A stretch of DNA of 64,000 nt from an uncultured Ignavibacteria bacterium (GTDB taxonomy: Bacteria > Bacteroidota > Ignavibacteria > Tepidaquicellales > OLB5): contig CAWFKW010000006.1 in assembly GCA_963816535.1 (NCBI GenBank), forward strand, positions 324,334 to 388,333. Direction: 5' to 3'. Below are positions 18,646 to 27,578 of the stretch, piece after piece. Within the stretch, counting starts at the first letter, position 1. Each line of letters starts with the position of its first letter. The notes beneath the pieces are model-generated. The model worked only from the letters and a program-made list of their open reading frames with translations. It was not told the origin of the DNA and searched no databases. Position numbers and translations under genes: made by a program.

Positions 18646-20853
18646 ATGAATATACGCGGAAATCTTAATATACTCGTTGTAGACGACGGGCTCTCAGAGG
18701 CCGAGACTCTTATGAACGAGCTGAAAAGTGAAGGCATGCCTCATATCCTTAAAAGAACGAAATCAAAAGACAGCTTTGAGGGCGCGCTGAACGATTTTAA
18801 ACCGAATCTGATAATTGCCGATTACTGCTTCCCTGATTTCGACGGCAAAAATATTCTTGACATAGCGCGGACCTCGAACCCCGATATGATGTTCATTCTT
18901 GTCGATAGAAAGCTAGGCGAAGAAGTTATAATCGATTTGATGCGCGACGGAAGGAATGAGTTCAAGCTTGTCGATAAGCCGTCAAATTTTATACCTGCGA
19001 TCAAGTCGGCTATTCAAAGGGCGTCTTTGAGGATAAAAGATCGAAGTAGCGTTGAAGATTTCGGCGACCTGTTGGGCAGGCTAGACGATGCGCTTGAAGG
19101 CATAGCAAAAGTTGATGAAAACGGAGCGATAATAAAATGCAACAATACGTTTTGCCGGATTTTGGATGAAGACGGCGGTTCTTATAACGGGGAAGAAATT
19201 GAAAATATTGTTGATTTAAACGACGTGGAGGCATGGTCCGGCGCATATAATTCAATGTTGAAAAGGGGCAAAGCGAAGGCCGAAATCAAGACGGTGAAAA
19301 GAAACGGAACTTCATTTTATGCCGGAATACAAATACTGAAGAATACAGGCAACGATGGAGAATACACCGGCTATTATTTTTTCATGGAAGATATCAGCGA
19401 AAAAAAGCGGGCGGAGCGTTCCATTAGGGAAGCTCAGAACATAACCGCCGCTTCTCTTAATTCTCTGAATGAACGCGTTGCGATAATAGATAGCGACGGA
19501 ATAATTCTGGCGGTGAACAGAGCATGGACCGCTTTTGCCCTGCAGAACCATGAGAACCCCAAAAAAACTTCTGTTGGCGTTAACTACATTGAGGTGTGCG
19601 AAGACCCGGCGGATAAGAATCCGCGTGAAAGCAGAGAATTCGCAAATGGAATAAGGAGGGTGCTTGACGGCGAAATAAGTGAATTTTCGGTCATGTATCC
19701 CCATAATACCCCGCTTCAGAAACGCTGGTTTCTTGCCAAGGTATCAAAATTCTACGGCGAAGGATCCCGAAAAGCGGTTGTTCTGCACGCCGATATCACC
19801 AAAAGCAGACAGTCGGAAATTGAGCTGGCAAAAAATGAGGAAAAATTCCGAAATCTGGTAAAACATTCTTCTGACATAATTTCCGTTCTTGATAAAGACG
19901 GGACATTAAAATATATAAGCGATTCGGCGGCCAGGGTATTCGGCGTTAACACTAATTACAGGAAAGGGAGAAATGTTTTTGAATTTATACATCCCGATGA
20001 TATTGAAAAGGTGAAGCTTGCCTTTCAAAGGGGATTTGAATCGCCAAACGACCCTGTAACAATAGAGTTCAGGTATAAGAAACCCGACGGCTCTTATATC
20101 TGTCTTGAGTCAATAGCCAATAATCTTCTTCTTGACCCGAGCGTAGAAGGTATTGTTGTCAATTCAAGGGATGTAACTGATAGAAAGGCCGCTGAAGAAC
20201 TTACGAAAGCGGCTCTCAAGGAAAAGAACCTTTTGCTTAGGGAAGTGCATCATAGGGTGAAGAACAATCTTCAAATAGTATCAAGCCTCTTAAAGCTTCA
20301 GGAAGATAATATCAGCGATAAGGGTTTTAAAAAAATATTCAAAGAAAGCATTAACAGGATAAAGGCAATGTCGCTCATTCACCAGCGTCTTTACCAGGAG
20401 CGCCGTCTTTCGCAGATTAATTTTGGCGCGTACCTGAGCGGCATAGTTGAATTTCTTAAAGAAACTTATGATGCAAATTCGAAAAATATCAACTGCAAAA
20501 TAATAGCGGAGAACGTGGATCTTAACCTGGAAACAGCCGTTCCGGCCGGGTTAATTGTTAATGAGATTGTCTCAAACTCGCTTAGGCATGCGTTCCGTGG
20601 GCGCAAAGAAGGCGAACTGCTTGTTAAGCTTGAATCAAACGGCTCAAACAGCATTACAATATCAGATAACGGCATTGGGCTGCCCAAAGGTTTTAATTTG
20701 CAGGAAGCTAAGACTCTTGGCCTCCAAATGGTGTACAATTTGGCAGTGCAGCTTAATGCCGACGTAAAGTTAGAGACCGGCAAAGGTACAACTTATGTAA
20801 TCACCTTTGACAATCTAATATATACCCAGCGTGTAAAAGAAGAGAAAATATAA
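18646..20853 (+). CDS. REC-like + PAS + HisKA_2 histidine kinase
   Basis: N-terminal receiver-like domain (ILVVDDG..IIADYCFPDFDG), about 3 PAS blocks, H-box HHRVKNNLQIVSSLLKLQ, and ATPase boxes NEIVSNSLRHAF and DNGIGL. It is a paralogue of the 10522 kinase core. Confidence 0.85.
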   Translation: MNIRGNLNILVVDDGLSEAETLMNELKSEGMPHILKRTKSKDSFEGALNDFKPNLIIADYCFPDFDGKNILDIARTSNPDMMFILVDRKLGEEVIIDLMRDGRNEFKLVDKPSNFIPAIKSAIQRASLRIKDRSSVEDFGDLLGRLDDALEGIAKVDENGAIIKCNNTFCRILDEDGGSYNGEEIENIVDLNDVEAWSGAYNSMLKRGKAKAEIKTVKRNGTSFYAGIQILKNTGNDGEYTGYYFFMEDISEKKRAERSIREAQNITAASLNSLNERVAIIDSDGIILAVNRAWTAFALQNHENPKKTSVGVNYIEVCEDPADKNPRESREFANGIRRVLDGEISEFSVMYPHNTPLQKRWFLAKVSKFYGEGSRKAVVLHADITKSRQSEIELAKNEEKFRNLVKHSSDIISVLDKDGTLKYISDSAARVFGVNTNYRKGRNVFEFIHPDDIEKVKLAFQRGFESPNDPVTIEFRYKKPDGSYICLESIANNLLLDPSVEGIVVNSRDVTDRKAAEELTKAALKEKNLLLREVHHRVKNNLQIVSSLLKLQEDNISDKGFKKIFKESINRIKAMSLIHQRLYQERRLSQINFGAYLSGIVEFLKETYDANSKNINCKIIAENVDLNLETAVPAGLIVNEIVSNSLRHAFRGRKEGELLVKLESNGSNSITISDNGIGLPKGFNLQEAKTLGLQMVYNLAVQLNADVKLETGKGTTYVITFDNLIYTQRVKEEKI

Positions 20854-20931
20854 TTATTTTTGTAATGGCGAAACTTCATAATAGGAAATAGGGTTTATTG
20901 TATGTAGAAATTGGTATAAAAAACGGCAGAA

Positions 20932-21192
20932 ATGTCATACGGAAGAATTTCTAAGTATTATAATAACAATTATTTAATAACCAAAAGGAAGGTAAAAAGT
21001 AATATGGAATACCTGACCGACGATCAGATGAAAAGAGAAAGACCCATCAAGAATGCATATACGAAGAAGAATAATGTAATACAGAAGTATTTTACAACGC
21101 CCGGGCAGCATACAACAGCGATAAAGAAACCAACTCCTGGAAGTCCGCTAAGTTTGAGTTTTATGCCTCGAAAGTTTTACCATAACAATTAA
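20932..21192 (+). CDS. Small hypothetical protein (weak call)
   Basis: 86-aa K/N-rich ORF. The only support is a good terminator directly after its stop codon. Confidence 0.25.
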   Translation: MSYGRISKYYNNNYLITKRKVKSNMEYLTDDQMKRERPIKNAYTKKNNVIQKYFTTPGQHTTAIKKPTPGSPLSLSFMPRKFYHNN

Positions 21193-21199
21193 TAAAACA

Positions 21200-21221
21200 G
21201 GGGGTTAACGCCCCCTTTTTT
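21200..21221 (+). terminator. Rho-independent terminator
   Basis: GGGGG-ttaacg-CCCCC followed by TTTTTT. Confidence 0.65.
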
Positions 21222-21320
21222 ATTACTACTCCTTCAACTGCAACTGAAATGTTTCAGCCAGCCTATTTTGATACGCATTTCTTCATTCAAAACATCTTAT
21301 TTTATGGATATTTTTGATGC

Positions 21321-22136
21321 ATGACAAGGAGAATTTCATATGGAATTATTGATCCTATTTATGAAGAATTCAGACCGGAAGAGCCGTTAAAGAACCTCAT
21401 TGAAAAGTTCTGGTATTTTAAATGCGGTAAAGGTAAAAAGAAACAAATCAGTTTTTATTTTTTACCTTCATATACATCATCTGTTGTTTTTTTGCGGGGT
21501 CTTGATTCAGGCGACACAAAGTTTATTTTCTCAAGCCCGATACTCAGGAAAATCAAAATTAGATCCAGCGAGAGTATTGAAATCGCGGCAGCTTCTGTAA
21601 AACCGCTTGTTACCGGATCTATTTTTAAAATCAGCAATACTTCTGCTGTGAATAAAATTTTTGAGATGAAATCGGCTGTCGGCCCGGATATTTTCGAAGA
21701 TGTAAGCATGAGAATTGGCGGTTCCCATACAGCCGCTGAACTGATAAGATCGCTGACACATCTTTTCATTCTGCTAAAAGAAAAGTACAAACAGCCAGAT
21801 AAGGACATCCGGTGCGCCATGGAACAGATGCTTGAGTCAGGAGGTAATTTAAAGCTTGCAGAAGTTTATTCTAAGCTTTCCATAAGCGCCAGGCAGTTTC
21901 AGAGAAATTTTTCAGCTCTCTCGGGCCTTAAGCCTAAGGAATTTCTTCGGCTTGTTAGACTTTCTAACGTAGCGTCAAATCTGGTAAAGAACGGGTACAA
22001 CCATTTTGACGTTCTTACCGAGGCCGGTTATTACGACCAGTCGCATTATGACAGGGAATTCAGGGAGATATACGGAACCAAACCTACAGAATTTGAGGCG
22101 AAACAAAAACTGATAAAACACATAAATCTTTTCTAA
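21321..22136 (+). CDS. AraC-family transcriptional regulator
   Basis: C-terminal HTH_18-like region: ISARQFQRNFSALSGLKPKEFLRLVRL...AGYYDQSHYDREFREIYGTKPTEF. Confidence 0.8.
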   Translation: MTRRISYGIIDPIYEEFRPEEPLKNLIEKFWYFKCGKGKKKQISFYFLPSYTSSVVFLRGLDSGDTKFIFSSPILRKIKIRSSESIEIAAASVKPLVTGSIFKISNTSAVNKIFEMKSAVGPDIFEDVSMRIGGSHTAAELIRSLTHLFILLKEKYKQPDKDIRCAMEQMLESGGNLKLAEVYSKLSISARQFQRNFSALSGLKPKEFLRLVRLSNVASNLVKNGYNHFDVLTEAGYYDQSHYDREFREIYGTKPTEFEAKQKLIKHINLF

Positions 22137-22241
22137 CCCCGGTAAATTCATTCGGCGGTAATTCATTCCTCCTGTCGTTTTTTTACAATACCTTGCAAAC
22201 TAATTAAGCTATGTTACATTCAGAATTAAAACCAAAACGGA

Positions 22242-23534
22242 GTGATTATGAAATATATCTCAATTATTACATTTATTATTATGATTACAATTCCGCCGCT
22301 TACAACAATACAGGCGCAGAATAATGTTTCGGATGAATTATTCAGCATGATTCACAGCAAAGACCTGTTTAGATTTCTTAATACGTTCAATACAGGAAAA
22401 GATAATCTGGATGACTGGCAGAGACTGTATTTTGAAGCATGGTCAATGAGCGTATTAAATAAATGCGAAGAATCTAGCCGGAAAATAGATGAATTCCTTC
22501 TAAAGTATCAGGATAAGCTTAACGAGATACAGTCGAAATTGATATATGAGGCGCGTGAGAACAACCAGCTTAAGCTGGGTATGTATAAGGAAGCTTCGGC
22601 AACGTCTGTATACCTTCTCAGTAAATACTCTTACCTGATGACCAAAGATGAGAAAGAAGAAGAGGAAAACGCTTTGATAATATGGAAAGCGTGCGCAGAT
22701 GTAGCGCCGCAAACAGCGGCAATTTCTGCTGATTCGCATATAAAAACCAAAAGAGATATGGCCGGGCTTTTAAACGTTCCGCTAAGCGTAAACGGCATTC
22801 AGGATGAATTCGTATTTGATACGGGGGCTAATATATCAACAGTTTCTAAATCGGAAGCTCTTAAATTAAAGCTAAAGATGATGGCGGGTACTTTAAAAAT
22901 AGGCACTGCCACAGGCATTAAAGTGGATGGGGGAATAGCGGTTACCGATAATCTGGTAATAGGGAATGTATCATTCAAAAATGTTTTGTTCCTTGTAGTT
23001 TCAGATGAATCGTTAAGCTTTGCGGGCGGAGCGTATGTAATCAACGGCATAATCGGGCTGCCGCTCATAAAAGACATGAAAGAACTTCACATATCCGATA
23101 ATGAATTGTTTGTTCCAAAAACTCCTGCTCCAACTGACCTTAATAATCTTGCGCTTGAAGGATTTATGCCCGTCATAAAAGTAATGGAAGGCTCCGATAC
23201 GCTGGCATTTAATTTTGATACCGGCGCAAGAACAACAATATTATACCAGCCTTATTATATGTTTCACAAAAAAGAAATTGAAAGTAAATTTACGCAGCAG
23301 GATATAGTTGTTGGCGGTGCAGGCGGGGATATGAAGGTTAAAGGATTTATCATTGATAATGTTCATCTAAATATCGGAAGCTCAAACGCAGGCCTTGGAG
23401 ATATTCAGCTTGCGGCAGAATTACTTAAAGAGAGCGACAAATACGCGTATGGAAATTTCGGGCAGGATTATATAAAACAATTCAAGACAATGATAATTAA
23501 TTTTGAAAGCATGTATGTGGATTTTCAGAATTAA
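22242..23534 (+). CDS. Secreted retropepsin-like aspartyl protease with two DTG lobes and an N-terminal helical domain
   Basis: Signal peptide. Two catalytic-type motifs, FVFDTGANIS and FNFDTGARTT, each followed by a G(I/N)IG/FG flap-like segment. Confidence 0.7.
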   Translation: MIMKYISIITFIIMITIPPLTTIQAQNNVSDELFSMIHSKDLFRFLNTFNTGKDNLDDWQRLYFEAWSMSVLNKCEESSRKIDEFLLKYQDKLNEIQSKLIYEARENNQLKLGMYKEASATSVYLLSKYSYLMTKDEKEEEENALIIWKACADVAPQTAAISADSHIKTKRDMAGLLNVPLSVNGIQDEFVFDTGANISTVSKSEALKLKLKMMAGTLKIGTATGIKVDGGIAVTDNLVIGNVSFKNVLFLVVSDESLSFAGGAYVINGIIGLPLIKDMKELHISDNELFVPKTPAPTDLNNLALEGFMPVIKVMEGSDTLAFNFDTGARTTILYQPYYMFHKKEIESKFTQQDIVVGGAGGDMKVKGFIIDNVHLNIGSSNAGLGDIQLAAELLKESDKYAYGNFGQDYIKQFKTMIINFESMYVDFQN

Positions 23535-23549
23535 TGAATGAGAACATAT

Positions 23550-23586
23550 TCATCCGATGACTTCGGAGTCATCGGATGAATTTTTG
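23550..23586 (+). terminator. Rho-independent terminator
   Basis: 13-bp stem TCATCCGATGACT-tcgg-AGTCATCGGATGA followed by ATTTTTG. Confidence 0.8.
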
Positions 23587-23622
23587 TTCTCCTTTCAGTT
23601 TCATGAATATCAATGAACCTTA

Positions 23623-24126
23623 TTACCGGTTTTCAGAGGCCCTATAATCTCTGAAATCCCGGATTGGCTTTGTATGCTTTACGACGCCGTAATAATCAGC
23701 TTCCGGAATAATTGTCTTAACGTCATAGGACCTAAAGTCGCGGATTGGCCCGTTAGAAGAAGTCCTGTAAAAGTATTCCATATCATAAAGCGGATACATC
23801 GATGTTACTGCGACCGCAGGCGCGACGAACGGATCGATGGCTGAAGCGGCTCCGCCGCTTTCGTTTAATTCAGCCGCGTGCGCTTCTTTCTGGCTGCCTT
23901 TCATGTCGTACTTATTTTGGCCGACTGAATTGTTCACGCTTTCAAGCCATTTAGCCATATGTGCGTAATACCTTACAGCTTTATTAGCATGATCGTTTCC
24001 GTAGGACAAAGCCTGCGTAAAAATTAGTAAGGTTATTACAACCAGCGCTGAAAAGATTTTTTGTGCAGTCATGTTTGCGCCCTCCTTTACCAATAAAAAC
24101 GAAATGATATTTGAACGGGTTTCCAT
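23623..24126 (-). CDS. Hypothetical secreted protein (likely start at 24072)
   Basis: The internal M gives a signal peptide, MTAQKIFSALVVITLLIFTQALSYG. There is a repeated PIRDFR(S/D)Y motif near the C-terminus. No family recognised. Confidence 0.45.
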   Translation of the reverse strand: METRSNIISFLLVKEGANMTAQKIFSALVVITLLIFTQALSYGNDHANKAVRYYAHMAKWLESVNNSVGQNKYDMKGSQKEAHAAELNESGGAASAIDPFVAPAVAVTSMYPLYDMEYFYRTSSNGPIRDFRSYDVKTIIPEADYYGVVKHTKPIRDFRDYRASENR

Positions 24127-24279
24127 AGGTCATGCTCAAAATCAGCAGTTTACAATTTTATTTTCGTATATGTATGAAAAAGAGAAGCTTAGATATTAAG
24201 CAGCAGTTTATAAGAAGTTTAGCGGTGTGATTAGGTCTTTTTATTTTTGCTTGATCCAGGAAGGTCGTGTTTTCCGGAG

Positions 24280-24369
24280 CGGAGAGGGAGGGATTCGAAC
24301 CCTCGATAGCCCTTAACAGACTATGTCGGTTTAGCAAACCGGTGGTTTCAGCCACTCACCCACCTCTCC
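24280..24369 (-). tRNA. tRNA-Ser (anticodon GCU)
   Basis: The reverse complement folds by hand. Acceptor GGAGAGG/CCTCTCC. 3-bp D-stem with a long D-loop. Anticodon stem CCGGT/ACCGA with loop TTGCTAA (GCT). Long variable arm. T-arm GAGGG-TTCGAAT-CCCTC. Discriminator G. No encoded CCA. Confidence 0.9.
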
Positions 24370-24370
24370 G
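24327..24370. repeat. attL core: 44-bp direct repeat (tRNA-Ser nt 1-43 plus 1 nt)
   Basis: cggtttagcaaaccggtggtttcagccactcacccacctctccg is identical to 32908-32951. Confidence 0.9.
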
Positions 24371-24457
24371 GTGGTTAAAAGCTCAAACAAAACACTTGTA
24401 AAGAGCAAATATAGCGAAAAGGCAGGATATAAAAAACGGACAAAATCAGAATCCAGA

Positions 24458-24502
24458 GTACCCAAATAGTACCTAACAGTACCCAAAATAGTGCCCAAAA
24501 TC
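24458..24502 (+). promoter_or_regulatory. Four tandem ~11-bp iterons (candidate integrase arm-type or operator sites)
   Basis: GTACCCAAATA GTACCTAACA GTACCCAAAATA GTGCCCAAAATC, ending 32 bp upstream of the int1 ATG. Related sequences lie near attR (32449, 32479, 32855). Confidence 0.55.
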
Positions 24503-24534
24503 TTTTTAAGTGAGTTCTGGAAAGGGGTTCAACT

Positions 24535-25575
24535 ATGTTTCTCTCAAAACAACACAAAGGGACTTACTACCTGTTCTACAATGATGAAATTACAGGCAAA
24601 AGGAAAAAAATCTCAACCAAAACAAAAAAGAAACCGGAAGCATATAATTTTCTAAATTCATTCAAAGCAGGTTTAACGCCTAAGAAAAACCCTGTAATCT
24701 ATTTGGAAGGTCTAAAAGATGAAGTGCTTAAATACACACAAACTAACCTGTCCCCCGCTACACACTGCCTTTATATAACTGCTTTTAAAAACCTGTTAAG
24801 TTTCTTAGGTAATAAGCCTATTAAGTTAATTACTACAAAGGAACTGGATAACTATAAAAACAAGCGGGCTAATGAGATAAGAAAAGCTACCGTCAATATT
24901 GAGCTATGCTGTATCAAAGCTATTTTCAATCTTGCTTTAAAATGGGACTTTATAAACAGTAACCCCGCTAAAGAAGTTAAGAAATTCAAAATTGAGGAAC
25001 GGGAAATATTAAGTTTCTCGGATACGGAGCTTAAAATATTGTTTGACGCTATTCCCGAAGGCAACATCAGGAATATTGTTCTTTTTGCCCTAAACACAGG
25101 TTGCAGGATTAACGAAATTCTAAACGTACAGATAAAGGATATTAACCTAAAAGAAAAAGTCCTTACCATAATGAATAAGGACGATTTTAGAACTAAGTCG
25201 GGCAGAATAAGACAGATACCGGTTTCGGACGCCTTAGAAACGCTGTTAAGGGGGTTATTAGGGCAGGAAACTAATGTATTTGAATTAAACGACCCTGAAA
25301 CATATTTGTTCGTTAATAGCAAGCGCTGTAAGTATGATAAAAATTTCATTTCAAAAAAGTTCAAGGAATATCTTCGCATGGCGGGTTTACCGGAAAAGTT
25401 TCATTTTCACTGCCTTAGGCATACATATATAACCAACCTTGTTAAAGCAGGGGCGAATATCAACTATATTAAACAGATAGCGGGGCACGCTGACCTGAAA
25501 ACAACGGAAAATTATATTCATATAGGAATTGAGGATTTGCGAAATGCAGTTAATAAAGTGAATGTAAATTATTAG
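24535..25575 (+). CDS. int: Tyrosine recombinase/integrase (full length, with N-terminal arm-binding-type domain)
   Basis: C-terminal catalytic pattern ..TGCRINEIL.. / FHFHCLRHTYITNL / GHADLKTTENYIH (R..HxxR..Y). N-terminal KGTYYLFYNDEITGKRKKISTKTKKKPEA resembles Bacteroidota integrase arm-binding domains. Confidence 0.9.
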   Translation: MFLSKQHKGTYYLFYNDEITGKRKKISTKTKKKPEAYNFLNSFKAGLTPKKNPVIYLEGLKDEVLKYTQTNLSPATHCLYITAFKNLLSFLGNKPIKLITTKELDNYKNKRANEIRKATVNIELCCIKAIFNLALKWDFINSNPAKEVKKFKIEEREILSFSDTELKILFDAIPEGNIRNIVLFALNTGCRINEILNVQIKDINLKEKVLTIMNKDDFRTKSGRIRQIPVSDALETLLRGLLGQETNVFELNDPETYLFVNSKRCKYDKNFISKKFKEYLRMAGLPEKFHFHCLRHTYITNLVKAGANINYIKQIAGHADLKTTENYIHIGIEDLRNAVNKVNVNY

Positions 25576-25640
25576 AAAATAACGTTATATTTTATAGAAT
25601 TTAATTCAAAGAATGGCGTAAAAACATAATAAAAATATAA

Positions 25641-25797
25641 TCAGCGTTTCTTATCTCATAGCTTAAACTCGCAAGTTTAAAATTTTACACGAAGATAAGG
25701 AGACGCTCACGCATTCCAGCGTGGGCTCTCTTATTCGTGTAAGGGTTTCTTGCGAGACCTAAGCTGCGGTAAGATGTAGTTTCACGCTGGTTTTTTT
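25641..25797 (+). other. 157-nt rod-like imperfect palindrome ending in a T7 run (candidate structured RNA, large terminator, or folded-DNA site)
   Basis: Hand-paired nested stems: 25642-47/25784-89, 25649-55/25768-74, 25660-65/25760-65, 25668-75/25749-56, 25685-25703/25727-42 (with bulges), and 25705-12/25719-26 closing a 6-nt loop. T7 follows at 25791-97. Confidence 0.5.
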
Positions 25798-26136
25798 ATT
25801 TAGCAGCAAACACAAAACAAAACACTGACTATGAAAGAGATGTCGATTAGAACGCATCGATAATATTTTCAAGTCAACTCTTGAATATTTAATTAATCAA
25901 ATGGGTAAATATAACGAACATAAATTTTTATCAAAGAGGTACATTTGGGATGCGCAAGAGGGAAATGTAATATATGAACAATTAGGTAATTTGGGATATT
26001 ATTGTATTAATATTTTCCTCACGTCAAGCTCAATAAATAACCAAGTAAAAGATTATCACTCAAAACATTAATAACAGTACATAAATTAATTAAATCTCAA
26101 ACCTATTCTTAATGCCTAAATTAACTGGAGGCTAAA

Positions 26137-26286
26137 ATGAAAAAAATGTTAATATTTTTATCTTTATTATTAGCGTTGCATATAATACAAATGCTGGAGC
26201 ATAAATTTTGTCACGTTGTGGCTATAGACAGAATGTTGTATAAGCCGTTTCCGCTATGTCCATACTTTTATGCCCATTTTACTTAA
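26137..26286 (+). CDS. Unlisted 49-aa small protein, copy A (hydrophobic N-terminus, Cys/His-rich C-terminus)
   Basis: MKKMLIFLSLLLALHIIQMLEHKFCHVVAIDRMLYKPFPLCPYFYAHFT. The paralogue at 27579 differs at 13 nt, of which 9 are synonymous. Confidence 0.6.
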   Translation: MKKMLIFLSLLLALHIIQMLEHKFCHVVAIDRMLYKPFPLCPYFYAHFT

Positions 26287-26356
26287 CAGTTAACGGCATT
26301 AGGTTGTTGTTTCACGCTGGTTTTTTTATTGACCTAAACACAAAACATTTACTTAG

Positions 26357-26740
26357 ATGAACAATACTGAAATAGAATTCTTTGAAGCAGAAGTCCAATC
26401 TCTCAGAGCCAATGGCTATACAATACATGTGAAAAACACTACGTCAGCAGTTCTCGTAAAGAAAGAAAAGATTAATTATTTAATAGCATTCGCTCTCGCC
26501 GCAATTGAAGCCTTATTTTTTGTAATGCTTTGCAGAACATCAGTTAACACAACGAACCTCATTATTCTATTCGGAATTACCTGTGTAGTGTACTATCTTG
26601 TGCGAAAGGAACACTATTTGTTTATTAAATTGAATTCTATTGGACAATTAGAGAAGAAAAAATACAAATCCGTGAAGCCCGGCGAATTGCTAAATCTCTT
26701 TGACTTGTTTCAACAAGATGCCTTCTCAAATGATTATTAA
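26357..26740 (+). CDS. Hypothetical small membrane protein (2 predicted TM helices)
   Basis: 127-aa ORF with hydrophobic segments YLIAFALAAIEALFFVML and LIILFGITCVVYYLV. Island cargo. Confidence 0.5.
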   Translation: MNNTEIEFFEAEVQSLRANGYTIHVKNTTSAVLVKKEKINYLIAFALAAIEALFFVMLCRTSVNTTNLIILFGITCVVYYLVRKEHYLFIKLNSIGQLEKKKYKSVKPGELLNLFDLFQQDAFSNDY

Positions 26741-26805
26741 CGGCTTTATTGAACCTTGAAAATGATAACACAGTTTTTGAACAATAAGCACTAATTCGCA
26801 ATTCT

Positions 26806-27519
26806 ATGAGTTTGAAATGTCCTAAATGCGGTCTGTTTAATCCCGACAATGCTCTTAGGTGCGATTGTGGTCATTCCTTTGTTAAAAAGCCTGAGACGAG
26901 CGTCCCGTCCGAAAACGAATTTGAATCTACAAATCGGCATGACTTTCTCAGAAAGCAAGTACTGAGCGGGAAAACAACTGCCGAAGCACTACAACTATGG
27001 AAGGAACGACAACTAGTACCCGTGTCAACTGAGAAGGTAAGAGAAGCAGAAGCGGGTAACGACCCAATAAAACCAGTGGAAGAAAAACCCGTTACCCAAG
27101 ATGATGCAACCGTCAATCAAAAAAGTACAAAAAAGATTGCTTTTGTTAAACGAAAAATTGTAATTTTTTCCTTAGTGATTGTTTCAATTGTTGTATTAGT
27201 CCTCATTGCTAAAGGCTATTTCTTTTCAACCGCAGAAGACTTCAATTCCACTTACATAATAAAAGTCTTCCCTTCAATTAAAGATGACCCTTATGATATT
27301 CAATATGAAATTAAAAGGAAAGATGGAACAATAATAATAAAGGATTTGAAAAGTCAAGAGGGTTATAATGATTACGAGGCTAATGGTAAAAAGCTGTCTG
27401 TAACAATCAGTCAAAGGTACAATGACCAAAACATAAAACTTGAAATATGGGAAAAGTTAAGTCTAAAGTTAAATGACGAATTGAAAGGAACGGGGAAACT
27501 AACGCTAAAGACTGAATGA
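26806..27519 (+). CDS. Zinc-ribbon / single-pass membrane protein of unknown function
   Basis: N-terminal CPKCG..(11)..CDCGH zinc ribbon, a charged linker, TM segment IVIFSLVIVSIVVLVLIA, then a ~90-aa C-terminal domain. Confidence 0.55.
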   Translation: MSLKCPKCGLFNPDNALRCDCGHSFVKKPETSVPSENEFESTNRHDFLRKQVLSGKTTAEALQLWKERQLVPVSTEKVREAEAGNDPIKPVEEKPVTQDDATVNQKSTKKIAFVKRKIVIFSLVIVSIVVLVLIAKGYFFSTAEDFNSTYIIKVFPSIKDDPYDIQYEIKRKDGTIIIKDLKSQEGYNDYEANGKKLSVTISQRYNDQNIKLEIWEKLSLKLNDELKGTGKLTLKTE

Positions 27520-27578
27520 TGATACCGCAAAACAAAACATTTTTGGCATATTTATAGCTAAATAAACTGGACGCTAAA

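Noticed and set aside
24158-24355. 65-aa ORF on the minus strand overlapping the tRNA
   Set aside because: It runs through the tRNA-Ser gene and its downstream region and has no coding features. It is spurious.
25641-25797. Integron attC-like folded recombination site, with the 22-bp repeat at 26309 as a second cassette boundary
   Set aside because: The palindrome has extrahelical bases like an attC site, but there is no RYYYAAC/GTTRRRY core pair. The adjacent integrases resemble Bacteroidota phage-type integrases rather than IntI. Only one full palindrome exists. This is kept only as an untested alternative in the finding.
25901-26071. 56-aa ORF (MGKYNEHKFLSKRYIWDAQEGNVIYEQLGNLGYYCINIF...) between the palindrome and the first 175-bp repeat
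   Set aside because: It has no paralogue, motif or conservation evidence. It could be real island cargo but cannot be supported from the sequence alone, so it is not listed as a feature.
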